IMG/VR virus record: IMGVR_UViG_3300029319_007985
Location: 108,390-172,389 of that record
DNA: 64,000 bases
Reading direction: 5' to 3' (one strand)
Source of the DNA: a virus
Within the stretch, counting starts at the first letter, position 1. The number at the start of each line of letters is the position of its first letter. Shown here one piece after another: positions 9,319-18,523 of the stretch. Under the pieces are notes generated by a model. The model did no database searches. It was given only the letters and a program-made list of their open reading frames with translations, and was not told the DNA's origin. The position numbers and the translations under genes were made by a program.

Positions 9319-10443
9319 ATGGCAAGTAAAAAACCCAAAAAAGAAAACAGTTTCGCAGACCTAGTCGCTCGTTTGAACGCAATGAGCAACATGACTAAGG
9401 AAGAAGAACGTGCATCTCTTATGGAAGCGGCTAGACAAGAGCCAAGAATATTAGATGACAAAGAAGTTTCACTGGCTGACATCGCAAAACTAGCCGGAAT
9501 AAAAGAGTACCAAGAGGAACCAAAAGTTTCTGCTAAAGCAGAGAAGTTGGTTGAGTCGATCACAAAAGAATCAAGCGCAGAGTCTATAATAACAAAAGCC
9601 ATAAAAGAATCAGATGCAGATGAATCAATTTCAACACAAATTAAAAAAGAGGTTACAGAAGAATCTAAAAGATTAGACAAAATTGCAGAATTGGAAGCGC
9701 AATTGGCAGAATTAAAAGCACAGGAAAAAGAAGAAGCAACACTGGATTCAGATGCTTTCAAAGAAACATTTGTAAATGAAATAACAGAATACGTAAAAGA
9801 AGCAGAAGCAGACAAACTTGCAGAACTATATAATGCTTTTTCAAATAACACAGTTGAAGTTAAGGAAGATTCATTTTTAATTAAAACACCAGAAACGCAA
9901 GAAGTTATAGCAGACGCAGAAAAGGCAGAAGCACCAGCAGAAGAAGAAGTTGTACAGGAAAAGGAACCAGAAGTAGACACTGAACAAGCAACTGACGAGG
10001 CTTCAGGATACCAGGGTTCAGCAGAAGCAAGAAAACACGAAGTGACTTTAGCGGGTGATTTTACTCCAGAAGAGCCGGTGACAGAAAAAGATGCCGAATC
10101 AATTGAAAAAATGTTACAGGACGCAGGTATTCCTGCAGAAGTAAGTCCTACCGATGAAAAATTTGATAGAGTTCAAGTACAAACAATGGCTGACAAAGAT
10201 GCTATTTTAAAAGTTTTAGGTGACATGGTCGAAGAGAACATGGAAGTAGAATACACCGATGACTTATCAGAAGCAAAAAAGAAGCCTGTACCAACTTCTC
10301 CCGAAAAATGGTCCAGAGCAAAGGCCAAAGCAAGATCCAAATTTGATGTTTATCCATCTGCATATGCAAACGCATACGCCGCCAAAGAGTACAAAAAAAT
10401 GGGTGGTGGTTGGAGAATGGGTAAGCCTAAGAAGAAAAAGTAA
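9319..10443 (+). CDS. Highly acidic scaffold-like protein with basic C-terminal module
   Basis: Glu-rich coiled coil; IAKLAGI; LSE|AKKK...YPSAYANAYAAKEYKKMGGGWR. Confidence 0.55.
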   Translation: MASKKPKKENSFADLVARLNAMSNMTKEEERASLMEAARQEPRILDDKEVSLADIAKLAGIKEYQEEPKVSAKAEKLVESITKESSAESIITKAIKESDADESISTQIKKEVTEESKRLDKIAELEAQLAELKAQEKEEATLDSDAFKETFVNEITEYVKEAEADKLAELYNAFSNNTVEVKEDSFLIKTPETQEVIADAEKAEAPAEEEVVQEKEPEVDTEQATDEASGYQGSAEARKHEVTLAGDFTPEEPVTEKDAESIEKMLQDAGIPAEVSPTDEKFDRVQVQTMADKDAILKVLGDMVEENMEVEYTDDLSEAKKKPVPTSPEKWSRAKAKARSKFDVYPSAYANAYAAKEYKKMGGGWRMGKPKKKK

Positions 10444-10455
10444 TAAGTACGTGTG

Positions 10456-11106
10456 ATGAAAATCACATTAACCCAAAATAAATTTAATCCAAATCCATAT
10501 TACGATCAACGAATAAAAGCAATTCTTTCTGACAACTTTGTTAAAAACTTACCAGGAACAATAGATACCTTTGACCAGAATGGTTTCGATCTTACTAATC
10601 TTGAAAGATTATATGCCAAAAAAATGGACTACAAAATTAAAAAGGTTAGAACAAGCCACTGGGTGTTGAAAGAAGATTGGTTCACTTCCGAGCCAACAGA
10701 CAGAGGTTGCCATATAAATCACGCAGTGATTTTTGAAAGAAAAGGATTTACAGGTGCGGCAAAAGAACAAATGGAAGAATTTGCTGAGAAATGTCCTTTG
10801 GTTCATAAAGTCTTGCAAATAAGACCTAAATGGGGATTGGACTTTTCAATAGACTATGCAGATGCCGAGGGTAACGTGTTTGAAGTGTTACATTGGGAGT
10901 GGGACAGTTTTAATTTTGAAGAAATACAGGAAAAGAAAAAATACATGGATGATTTTTTACAGGCACAAGATTTTGATGAAATGGCTCTACGACTATTGGA
11001 CAAAAAGTCAGAGTGGCACCATTTAGGCTTTTTTGAACAAAGTGATTACAAAACTAATTTTTTTGGTATAGAAAAAGAACGATTTAAGATGGTTCTCTGG
11101 AAATAA
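10456..11106 (+). CDS. Hypothetical phage protein
   Basis: TAAGTA 6 nt upstream; FDQNGFDLT and RPKWGLDFSIDY motifs. Confidence 0.55.
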   Translation: MKITLTQNKFNPNPYYDQRIKAILSDNFVKNLPGTIDTFDQNGFDLTNLERLYAKKMDYKIKKVRTSHWVLKEDWFTSEPTDRGCHINHAVIFERKGFTGAAKEQMEEFAEKCPLVHKVLQIRPKWGLDFSIDYADAEGNVFEVLHWEWDSFNFEEIQEKKKYMDDFLQAQDFDEMALRLLDKKSEWHHLGFFEQSDYKTNFFGIEKERFKMVLWK

Positions 11107-11114
11107 ATATTGAT

Positions 11115-11969
11115 ATGACTATACCTTGGAATTTTAAACAATACTATCAGAACCTAGCGCATCTAAAACAAAGAGGACACGTAAGTTCGGGAGAACAGAT
11201 TCAGTCTCCAGTATCAGCAGGTAGCCGAGGACTTGCCAACGTTGAACATTTTGCTGACAAGTCAGTGCAAATGATGGGATCACAAATAGATGAATCTGCT
11301 GATAGAGAATACCAAAATTTAGACAAAGATACTATTGAAAAACTTAGAGAGAAATACCTACCTGATTGGGAATACAAAGATAACAGTTTACAAAAAAGAT
11401 ATAAGTTTGAAGATTACTTCCAGGTAGTGAAGTTTTTGATTGACACAATAAAGCCACAAGAAGAACTAGACCATCATGCAGACTTAGGAGTCTTCTACGA
11501 TGAAGTTTTGGTAAAAATTTACACACACAGAACAAAAGATGTCACTGACTATGATTTTAAGGTCGCACTGCAAATGGATATGATTGCAAAAAAGAAACAT
11601 GGTGCAATAAAACCTGATTATGACTTATCAGCCTTAGTTGATGATTTTGATTTTTGTATAAACTGTGGCGACTTGATACTAAATGAAAGAAAGTACCAAG
11701 GTGGATTGCGTAAATGGTTCAAACAAAAATGGGTGAACATAGCCAAGAAAAAGAAAGGTGGAGGCCATCCTGAGTGTGGTACTTCAGGTTCTAAAAGAGG
11801 TTATGCAAAATGTGTGCCGGCATCAAAGGCACGTTCAATGTCAAAAAAGCAGAAAAAGTCAGCAGTATCAAGAAAAAGAGCCGCACAGCGAAAAGCAGGT
11901 AGAGGTGGTAAAGATACAGGTGGCACTGGTAAAAAGCCAATTAGAGTTTCTACAAAGCCTAAAAAATAA
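11115..11969 (+). CDS. Polyprotein-like protein with a pterin-4a-carbinolamine dehydratase-like domain and a basic Cys module
   Basis: W...LQKRYKFEDY...EELDHHADL...KIYTH...VTDYD (PCD signature); LNE|RKYQGGLRKWFKQKWV...C...KCVP. Confidence 0.7.
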   Translation: MTIPWNFKQYYQNLAHLKQRGHVSSGEQIQSPVSAGSRGLANVEHFADKSVQMMGSQIDESADREYQNLDKDTIEKLREKYLPDWEYKDNSLQKRYKFEDYFQVVKFLIDTIKPQEELDHHADLGVFYDEVLVKIYTHRTKDVTDYDFKVALQMDMIAKKKHGAIKPDYDLSALVDDFDFCINCGDLILNERKYQGGLRKWFKQKWVNIAKKKKGGGHPECGTSGSKRGYAKCVPASKARSMSKKQKKSAVSRKRAAQRKAGRGGKDTGGTGKKPIRVSTKPKK

Positions 11970-11998
11970 TTGCTTTTACTCCAATCATAAAGTATAAT
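11970..11998 (+). promoter_or_regulatory. sigma70-type early promoter TTGCTT-17-TATAAT
   Basis: Direct match, followed by AGGAG RBS and ATG 12016. Confidence 0.6.
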
Positions 11999-12015
11999 AG
12001 TAAAAAGGAGAAAAA

Positions 12016-12267
12016 ATGCGAAATTTCAACGAAGCAGAAAAACAAAAACTAATACAAATTATAAACCAAGGTTCACAAGTTCTCGGAGAAGTCGACGATC
12101 TTAAATCAGGATTGAAGGACACTGTAAGGGCACTTGCAGAAGAACTAGAACTTAAACCAGCACTCATCAACAAAGCCATATCGGTTGCACACAAAGACAA
12201 CTACAAGGGTGTGTCAGACGACATGGATCAAGTAGAAGCGATACTAACAGCCGCGGGTAAAATTTAG
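12016..12267 (+). CDS. dsDNA-binding protein, T4 DsbA/GapR-like
   Basis: 83-aa helical protein; LKDTVRALAEELELKPALINKAI pattern. Confidence 0.55.
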   Translation: MRNFNEAEKQKLIQIINQGSQVLGEVDDLKSGLKDTVRALAEELELKPALINKAISVAHKDNYKGVSDDMDQVEAILTAAGKI

Positions 12268-12548
12268 TGTATAATTTACTCAAAGAATTTTGGGTAAACA
12301 GTTATAACACAGATAAGACAGCATTTTATCTTGAGATTATATCTGTGGCATTTACCATTGCAGGATCAGTGATATTGACTTTCACTTCTCCTTATCCTAT
12401 AATGGAGTATGTGTTTCCTGTCTATCTGGTAGGATCTTGCACACTGGCCATTGCATGTTGGAGAAGAAGAATAATTTGGACACTGGTTTTGGCAAGTTGG
12501 TTTACTATAATGAATGTGATTGGAAACATTAAAGTATTTTTATTATGA
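12267..12548 (+). CDS. Small membrane protein (about 3 TM helices)
   Basis: Three hydrophobic stretches. Confidence 0.6.
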   Translation: MYNLLKEFWVNSYNTDKTAFYLEIISVAFTIAGSVILTFTSPYPIMEYVFPVYLVGSCTLAIACWRRRIIWTLVLASWFTIMNVIGNIKVFLL

Positions 12549-15205
12549 GTTATATAGATGCATTCTATAAAAGAGATGAGGACAAAGTCCGTGTAGTTGA
12601 AAGAGACTCCAAAGGACAAAGAAAGTTTGTAGACTACGACGCAAGATATACATTTTACTATCCTGACAGCAGAGGAAAACACAGAAGTATATTTGGAGAA
12701 CAACTGCAAAAAGTACAATGCTCCACTTTCAAGCAATTTATAAAAGAACAAAAAATAAGATCAAATAAAAAATTATACGAACAAGATATAAATCCAGTCT
12801 TTAGGTGCCTGGAAGAAAATTATCTCGGTAAGGAAACTCCAAAATTAAATGTTGTATTTTTCGATATTGAAGTTGACTTCGACCCACAGCGTGGATATTC
12901 TACTACAGATGATCCATTTATGCCAATAACAGCAATAACTTGTTATCTAAGTTGGAGCGATCAATTAGTAACACTTGCGGTTCCGCCAAAGACACTAAAC
13001 ATGTCAGGAGCAAAAATGGCGACAGAACGTTTTGAAAACGTCATGTTGTTTGAAAAAGAAGCGGACATGTTAGACGCATTTTTAACACTGATAGATGATG
13101 CGGACATTTTGAGTGGATGGAACTCGGAAGGTTATGATATTCCATACACTGTTGGTAGGATACAAAAAACATTGAGTAGCGACGACACAAGAAGACTATG
13201 CTTCTGGGGTGAAAAGCCAAAGCGTAGGACATTTGAGAAATATGGCAGAGAGCAACTAAGTTATGACCTGATAGGAAGAGTGCATTTGGATCTGCTAGAA
13301 CTTTACAGAAAATACACATATGAAGAAAGACATTCGTACAGACTAGATGCAATAGGTGAACACGAACTTGGCGAAAAAAAGACAGTGTATGAAGGATCTT
13401 TGGACAACCTATATAATAATGACTTTGGTTTGTTTATAGAATACAATAGACAAGACTGTGCTCTACTTGCCAAACTGGAAAAAAAATTAAAATTTATTGA
13501 ACTTGCAAACGAAATAGCACACCAAAATACCGTGTTATTACAGACTACGATGGGGGCAGTCGCAGTGACTGAACAAGCAATCGTGAATGAAGCACACAGA
13601 AGAGGCATGATTGTGCCTGGAAGAGTCAAACGTGCCGAAGGAGAATCTGTCACGGCGGCTGGTGCATACGTGGCCACGCCCAAGAAAGGTTTACATAATT
13701 GGATAGGTAGTTGCGATATCAACAGTCTATATCCAAGTGTAATTAGAGCATTGAACATGGGACCAGAATCAATTGTTGGACAGATACGCCCTGTTATCAC
13801 GTCTGCGGAAATAAATCGTGCAAGGCACCAGAAAAAGTCATTTGCGGCGGCTTGGGATAATCAATTTGGCACTTGGGAATATCAAGCAGTAATGAAACAA
13901 GATAAAGGCACTGAAATAATAGTTGACTGGGAAGATGGCACAAGTGTGAAAATGAGTGCAGGGCAACTACACGAACTTGTGTTTGAGAGTAATAATCAAT
14001 GGATGTTGAGTGCAAACGGAACTATTTTCACGTATGAATTTGAAGCAATCATCCCTGGACTACTTAAAAGATGGTATGCTGAAAGAAAAGAAATGCAACG
14101 TAAGATGCATGAGTGCGGTGATAATGAAATAGAAAAAGAGTTTTGGGACAAAAGGCAACTAGTCAAAAAAATTAATTTAAACAGTTTGTATGGAGCAATC
14201 TTAAATCCAGGTTGCAGATTCTTCGACATAAGGATTGGACAGTCAGTAACACTAACTGGTAGATGTATCACAAAACACATGGGCGCAAAAGTAAATGAAG
14301 TAATAACTGGCGACTATGATCATAAAGGTGATTCAGTAATTTACGGCGACACAGATTCAGTTTACTTTAGTGCTTACAAACCGCTACAGAATGAAATAAC
14401 GTCTGGAAAAGTGCCATGGCAAAAAGAAAACATAATAAATTTATATGATAAAATTGCTGACGAAGTCAATAACTCCTTTACACAATACATGACCAAAGCA
14501 TTTCACTGTCCAAAAACTAGAGGCGAGGTAATAAAAGCAGGACGTGAATTAGTTGCTAGTAAAGGATTGTTTATTACAAAGAAAAGATATGCAGTGTTGT
14601 ACTTCGACAAGGAGGGAGAACGTCAAGATATAGCCGGCTCGCCAGGAAAAATGAAGGCAATGGGACTTGATCTTAAAAGATCTGACACTCCTGTTTTTGT
14701 ACAAAACTTTCTAAGTGAGTTGTTGATGATGGTTTTGACTAACAAAACTGAAGAAGAAGTCCTAAAAAGAATATCTGAATTTAGGTCAGAGTTCAAAGCA
14801 AGGCCAGGTTGGGAAAAAGGATCACCAAAAAGAGCAAACAACGTTACAGAATATCTTGCAAAAGAAACTAAACAAGGGAGAGCCAACATGCCAGGGCACG
14901 TAAGAGCAAGTATAAACTGGAATAGATGTAGAGAAATGTACAGCGACAAATATTCTCTTCCTATAACGGATGGAGCAAAAGTGATTGTGTGTAAATTGAA
15001 AAACAATCCATTAGGCTACACTTCAATAGCCTATCCAGTTGACGAGATGAGAATACCCGACTGGTTCAAAGAAATGCCATTTGATGCTGAAGCAATGGAA
15101 TCTACAATACTAGATCAAAAAATAGACAATCTTATCGGGGTGCTTAATTGGGACGTACAAAGCACAGAGACCACAAACACATTCAACAAACTATTCCAAT
15201 TTTAA
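12545..15205 (+). CDS. Family B DNA polymerase
   Basis: Exonuclease motifs FDIEV, GWNSEGYD and YNRQD; polymerase motifs DINSLYPS, KINLNSLYG and YGDTDS. Confidence 0.97.
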   Translation: MSYIDAFYKRDEDKVRVVERDSKGQRKFVDYDARYTFYYPDSRGKHRSIFGEQLQKVQCSTFKQFIKEQKIRSNKKLYEQDINPVFRCLEENYLGKETPKLNVVFFDIEVDFDPQRGYSTTDDPFMPITAITCYLSWSDQLVTLAVPPKTLNMSGAKMATERFENVMLFEKEADMLDAFLTLIDDADILSGWNSEGYDIPYTVGRIQKTLSSDDTRRLCFWGEKPKRRTFEKYGREQLSYDLIGRVHLDLLELYRKYTYEERHSYRLDAIGEHELGEKKTVYEGSLDNLYNNDFGLFIEYNRQDCALLAKLEKKLKFIELANEIAHQNTVLLQTTMGAVAVTEQAIVNEAHRRGMIVPGRVKRAEGESVTAAGAYVATPKKGLHNWIGSCDINSLYPSVIRALNMGPESIVGQIRPVITSAEINRARHQKKSFAAAWDNQFGTWEYQAVMKQDKGTEIIVDWEDGTSVKMSAGQLHELVFESNNQWMLSANGTIFTYEFEAIIPGLLKRWYAERKEMQRKMHECGDNEIEKEFWDKRQLVKKINLNSLYGAILNPGCRFFDIRIGQSVTLTGRCITKHMGAKVNEVITGDYDHKGDSVIYGDTDSVYFSAYKPLQNEITSGKVPWQKENIINLYDKIADEVNNSFTQYMTKAFHCPKTRGEVIKAGRELVASKGLFITKKRYAVLYFDKEGERQDIAGSPGKMKAMGLDLKRSDTPVFVQNFLSELLMMVLTNKTEEEVLKRISEFRSEFKARPGWEKGSPKRANNVTEYLAKETKQGRANMPGHVRASINWNRCREMYSDKYSLPITDGAKVIVCKLKNNPLGYTSIAYPVDEMRIPDWFKEMPFDAEAMESTILDQKIDNLIGVLNWDVQSTETTNTFNKLFQF

Positions 15206-15212
15206 ATACAAG

Positions 15213-16040
15213 ATGCTTAGTATAGAAGAGATAAAACTAACAATATCTGCTCTCAAAAAATTACGAGATACAAAAAATTGGGAAGATTGCATTGACAGTT
15301 ACTTAAAAAAATTAGAAGAACTGGCCAGACGTGTTGACGCATACAACGACGATCAAATCCAACAATTGGATAAGACAAAAGATTGGTATCAGCAAGAGTT
15401 AGATTGGACACATAATAGAAAAAAACACTTGTACGACGAGTTGCTTGACAAGATGATCGAATCAAAAATATTTCAGTTTGCGAAAGCAGGCAAAACAGCC
15501 AACATGCAAAACTCTTTGGAAATAGGACCAGGGTATGGTAGGTACAGTAAAATGTTTTTGTCTTGGAGGCTGAACTATTTTCTAGACTTATTGCCAACAT
15601 GTGAAACTAAAATTAAGAAAAAATTTCACCCACCTCATCACAAATATATTAAATTTTATACGACACTACGTTGTGACTGTTCTCCAATACCAACCAACAG
15701 TTGTAATTTTGTTTTTTCCTGGAACACCTTTACTTTCTTTACACAAAAACACATCAATGAATACCTAGGAGACATGAAAAGGGTAATGTTACCAGGCGGA
15801 TATGCTCTTATACATTATGCCAACTGTGAATATGATAAAGACTTGCACGAGGCAAAGCGTGGTTATTGGAACTTCAATACTAAAACAGACATGCACAAAA
15901 TGATCCAATCACATGGTTATGACATCATAGAAAGCGATCAATTTAAACAAGGCGCCAATTATGTTATCTTCAAAAAACTTGGTAATCTAAATCCTGTGCT
16001 TTATCAAGTTTTAGAAATGCCGCTAGATAAAGAAAAATAA
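15213..16040 (+). CDS. Class I SAM-dependent methyltransferase
   Basis: LEIGPGYG, NFVFSWNTF and RVMLPGGY. Confidence 0.75.
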   Translation: MLSIEEIKLTISALKKLRDTKNWEDCIDSYLKKLEELARRVDAYNDDQIQQLDKTKDWYQQELDWTHNRKKHLYDELLDKMIESKIFQFAKAGKTANMQNSLEIGPGYGRYSKMFLSWRLNYFLDLLPTCETKIKKKFHPPHHKYIKFYTTLRCDCSPIPTNSCNFVFSWNTFTFFTQKHINEYLGDMKRVMLPGGYALIHYANCEYDKDLHEAKRGYWNFNTKTDMHKMIQSHGYDIIESDQFKQGANYVIFKKLGNLNPVLYQVLEMPLDKEK

Positions 16041-16048
16041 TTTAACAG

Positions 16049-16077
16049 TTGATTCTGATCTAAATATTTTATATAAT
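16049..16077 (+). promoter_or_regulatory. sigma70-type promoter TTGATT-17-TATAAT with nested TAAATA
   Basis: Direct match upstream of ATG 16087. Confidence 0.55.
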
Positions 16078-16086
16078 AATTGTATT

Positions 16087-16824
16087 ATGATAGATATCTT
16101 GAAAGACATTGTCAAGCACACGCATGGACTTGGATTCCTCGATCTTGTTAAAATTACTGGTACCAGTGATTCAACTGCTATTGATTCAATGGCAGAGGAC
16201 AGATCAGTTATCCTGCAAGGATCTTTTCACAAACCACAATCAGGTATGATAGGAACTTTTGGTATGCCTCAGTTGAATAAACTAGATATACATTTAAAAT
16301 GTCCGGAATACAAAGATAAGGCAAACATATCCGTAATGACTGGAACCAGAAATGGTGCAGAAACACCAACAGGTATACACTTTGAAAATGAAAAAGGTGA
16401 TTTCAAGAATGATTATAGATTTATGAATGCCGAGATTATTAACGAAAAACTTAAAACTGTAAAATTTAAAGGTGTTAAGTGGGACGTTGAGATCGAGCCT
16501 ACAGTGGCAAGTGTACAAAGATTCAACTTTCAATCAGTAGCAAACACAGAACACAATTCTTTTGTTGTAAGAACAGAGGATGGTAACCTGATATTCACTT
16601 TTGGTGATCAATCATCACATGGTGGTGAATTTGTATTTGCAAAAGACGTGAAAGGAACTCTTAATAAAGGATGGAGTTGGCCGGTAGCACAGGTATTACA
16701 GATATTGAAACTTTCTGATTCTGCAAAAGTAACACTACATTTTTCCAATGAAGGAGCAATGCAGGTTACAGTAGACTCAGGACTAGGCAAATATCAGTAT
16801 ATTATTCCAGCGCAGGCGCAGTAA
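16087..16824 (+). CDS. Probable sliding clamp (PCNA/gp45-like fold)
   Basis: 245 aa with a two-domain alpha/beta pattern ending YQYIIPA; two genes downstream of the polymerase; fold is inferred. Confidence 0.5.
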   Translation: MIDILKDIVKHTHGLGFLDLVKITGTSDSTAIDSMAEDRSVILQGSFHKPQSGMIGTFGMPQLNKLDIHLKCPEYKDKANISVMTGTRNGAETPTGIHFENEKGDFKNDYRFMNAEIINEKLKTVKFKGVKWDVEIEPTVASVQRFNFQSVANTEHNSFVVRTEDGNLIFTFGDQSSHGGEFVFAKDVKGTLNKGWSWPVAQVLQILKLSDSAKVTLHFSNEGAMQVTVDSGLGKYQYIIPAQAQ

Positions 16825-18266
16825 TGACAGATAAAAGGCAAGAACATTTAGGAGAGTACAGCAGAGACTTTGCGGTGTTCTTGCCTGCTATTTCAAACTT
16901 TTACAATACTTTCATTAGCAAACAAAGGGTTACTGAGGGCACCCACATACCAGCAGAAAGAATACCAAAAGGATTGGACAGAGGAGTCGAAGGATTAAAC
17001 TTTATCAATCCTGAACAAGGATATTTCACATATCCAACAGCATTATATTCGGCAGGACACGCCTGTTTAGATATGGATAAAACAGCAGACAGAGATTCAA
17101 TGTGTGTCAATCGAGACAGAAAGTTTTCAACGATTATTGGTGACTCAGGTGGATATCAGATAGGAAAAGGTGTTATTAAATTTGATTGGAAAGATTTTGA
17201 AGGAAATAAAGCAAACAAAGTAAGGTCAGATATTTTAAATTGGTTGGAACTTACAAGCGATTGGGCAATGACCTTAGACGTGCCAACTTGGGCGGCAGAC
17301 GATTTGAATTCACCAAAAACAGGACTAAAAAGTTTTCAAGATACATTGGACGGCACAATTTACAATAATAAGTTTTTCCAAAAAAATAGACTAGGACAGA
17401 CCAAGTTATTAAACGTGTTACAAGGTGATGATTGGGAAACAGCACAAATTTGGTATGACAAAGTAAAAGATTTTGAATTTGAAGGTTGGGCAATGGGCGG
17501 AATCAACATGTGTGACATGGAGGTTATGTTAAAAAGGCTAATCATAATGAGAGATGAAAAGAAACTGGATGGTAAAGACTGGATGCACGTACTAGGCACG
17601 TCACAACTTGATTGGGCATGTTTCTTAACACAGGTACAAAGACAGGTTCGAAAGAATATCAATGACAAATTTACTATTAGTTTTGATAGTGCGTCAGCAT
17701 TTTTATCAACCGCAAATGGACTTGTGTACACGCACAACTTGTTTACTCCAAAAAGATGGAGTTACATAATGGAGAAGGCACCAGATGACAAGAGACTAAA
17801 AGGATCAACTATTCCGTTTCCTTTCAAGTCAGCAATAGGAGAAAGACTAATACTTGGAGATGTTTGTGCTTATGGTGAAGGGGATCTAAACAAAAACAAT
17901 AAAGAGGGCAAAACAAGTTGGGATAGTTTTAGTTACTGCTTGATGATGGCCCATAATGTTTACAACCATATAAGAGCGGTGCAAATTGCAAATGACTTGA
18001 ATGACATTGAGATGATCAAACATAAACCACAGGTAAAACACTGGAGAAAGACTAAGGATTCGGACAACACAGATGAACCAAGTGACTTTGTTCCACGAAA
18101 TATTTTATATTTCAACACACTTGTGGAAGAAGTGTTCACAAGTGAAAAGCCAATGGATGTAATAAACAATGCCAGTAGTTTCCTTGCTGACATACGTGGC
18201 ACTAGATGGGCAAGGGCCACAGGCGGTGGAAAAGGCAAAAACAACTTTAGCAGTCTATTCGAATAG
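16824..18266 (+). CDS. dpdA: DpdA-like 7-deazaguanine DNA transglycosylase (TGT fold)
   Basis: GDSGGYQ, MTLDVP, NVLQG, GWAMGG, HVLGTS, SFDSAS and AHN; folE and queE nearby. Confidence 0.75.
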   Translation: MTDKRQEHLGEYSRDFAVFLPAISNFYNTFISKQRVTEGTHIPAERIPKGLDRGVEGLNFINPEQGYFTYPTALYSAGHACLDMDKTADRDSMCVNRDRKFSTIIGDSGGYQIGKGVIKFDWKDFEGNKANKVRSDILNWLELTSDWAMTLDVPTWAADDLNSPKTGLKSFQDTLDGTIYNNKFFQKNRLGQTKLLNVLQGDDWETAQIWYDKVKDFEFEGWAMGGINMCDMEVMLKRLIIMRDEKKLDGKDWMHVLGTSQLDWACFLTQVQRQVRKNINDKFTISFDSASAFLSTANGLVYTHNLFTPKRWSYIMEKAPDDKRLKGSTIPFPFKSAIGERLILGDVCAYGEGDLNKNNKEGKTSWDSFSYCLMMAHNVYNHIRAVQIANDLNDIEMIKHKPQVKHWRKTKDSDNTDEPSDFVPRNILYFNTLVEEVFTSEKPMDVINNASSFLADIRGTRWARATGGGKGKNNFSSLFE

Positions 18267-18275
18267 GAGGATAAA

Positions 18276-18488
18276 ATGGTAAAAGTTAAAAACAAGAAAC
18301 TAAAAAAATTATTGTATGAAAAGAATTGGTTAGATAAAAAAGTTGCCGAACTAACCAAAGATCGGAAAAAAGATAGAAGTTGGGACGCCAAAGCAACTTT
18401 GGTAAGATTAAAAAAACAAAAACTGAGATTGAAGGAAGAAATAACAAGACTAGCAAACAAATTGGGCAGTTTAACAAAACTAAAGTAA
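18276..18488 (+). CDS. Small basic coiled-coil protein (DUF465-like)
   Basis: LKKQKLRLKEEI motif; AGGAGG RBS. Confidence 0.55.
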   Translation: MVKVKNKKLKKLLYEKNWLDKKVAELTKDRKKDRSWDAKATLVRLKKQKLRLKEEITRLANKLGSLTKLK

Positions 18489-18489
18489 A

Positions 18490-18517
18490 TTGACAAAATG
18501 TTTTTCTATGTTATAAT
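18490..18517 (+). promoter_or_regulatory. sigma70-type promoter TTGACA-16-TATAAT with extended TG
   Basis: ATG 18524 lies 6 nt downstream. Confidence 0.7.
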
Positions 18518-18523
18518 AGGCTT

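Noticed and set aside
9315-9980. 221-aa Ser-rich minus-strand ORF, and similar antisense ORFs at 8182, 13303, 17960, 26420, 61543 and 63065
   Set aside because: Antisense shadows of real genes with biased codons; no RBS, promoter or motifs
12545-15205. Intein or intron in the polymerase
   Set aside because: Continuous ORF of normal length with all motifs and no splice or homing-endonuclease signature
16824-18266. Canonical tRNA-guanine transglycosylase (Tgt)
   Set aside because: Lacks the CxCxxC zinc site and is highly divergent; its position beside the polymerase and putative clamp favours a DNA-acting DpdA, although tRNA activity is not excluded experimentally
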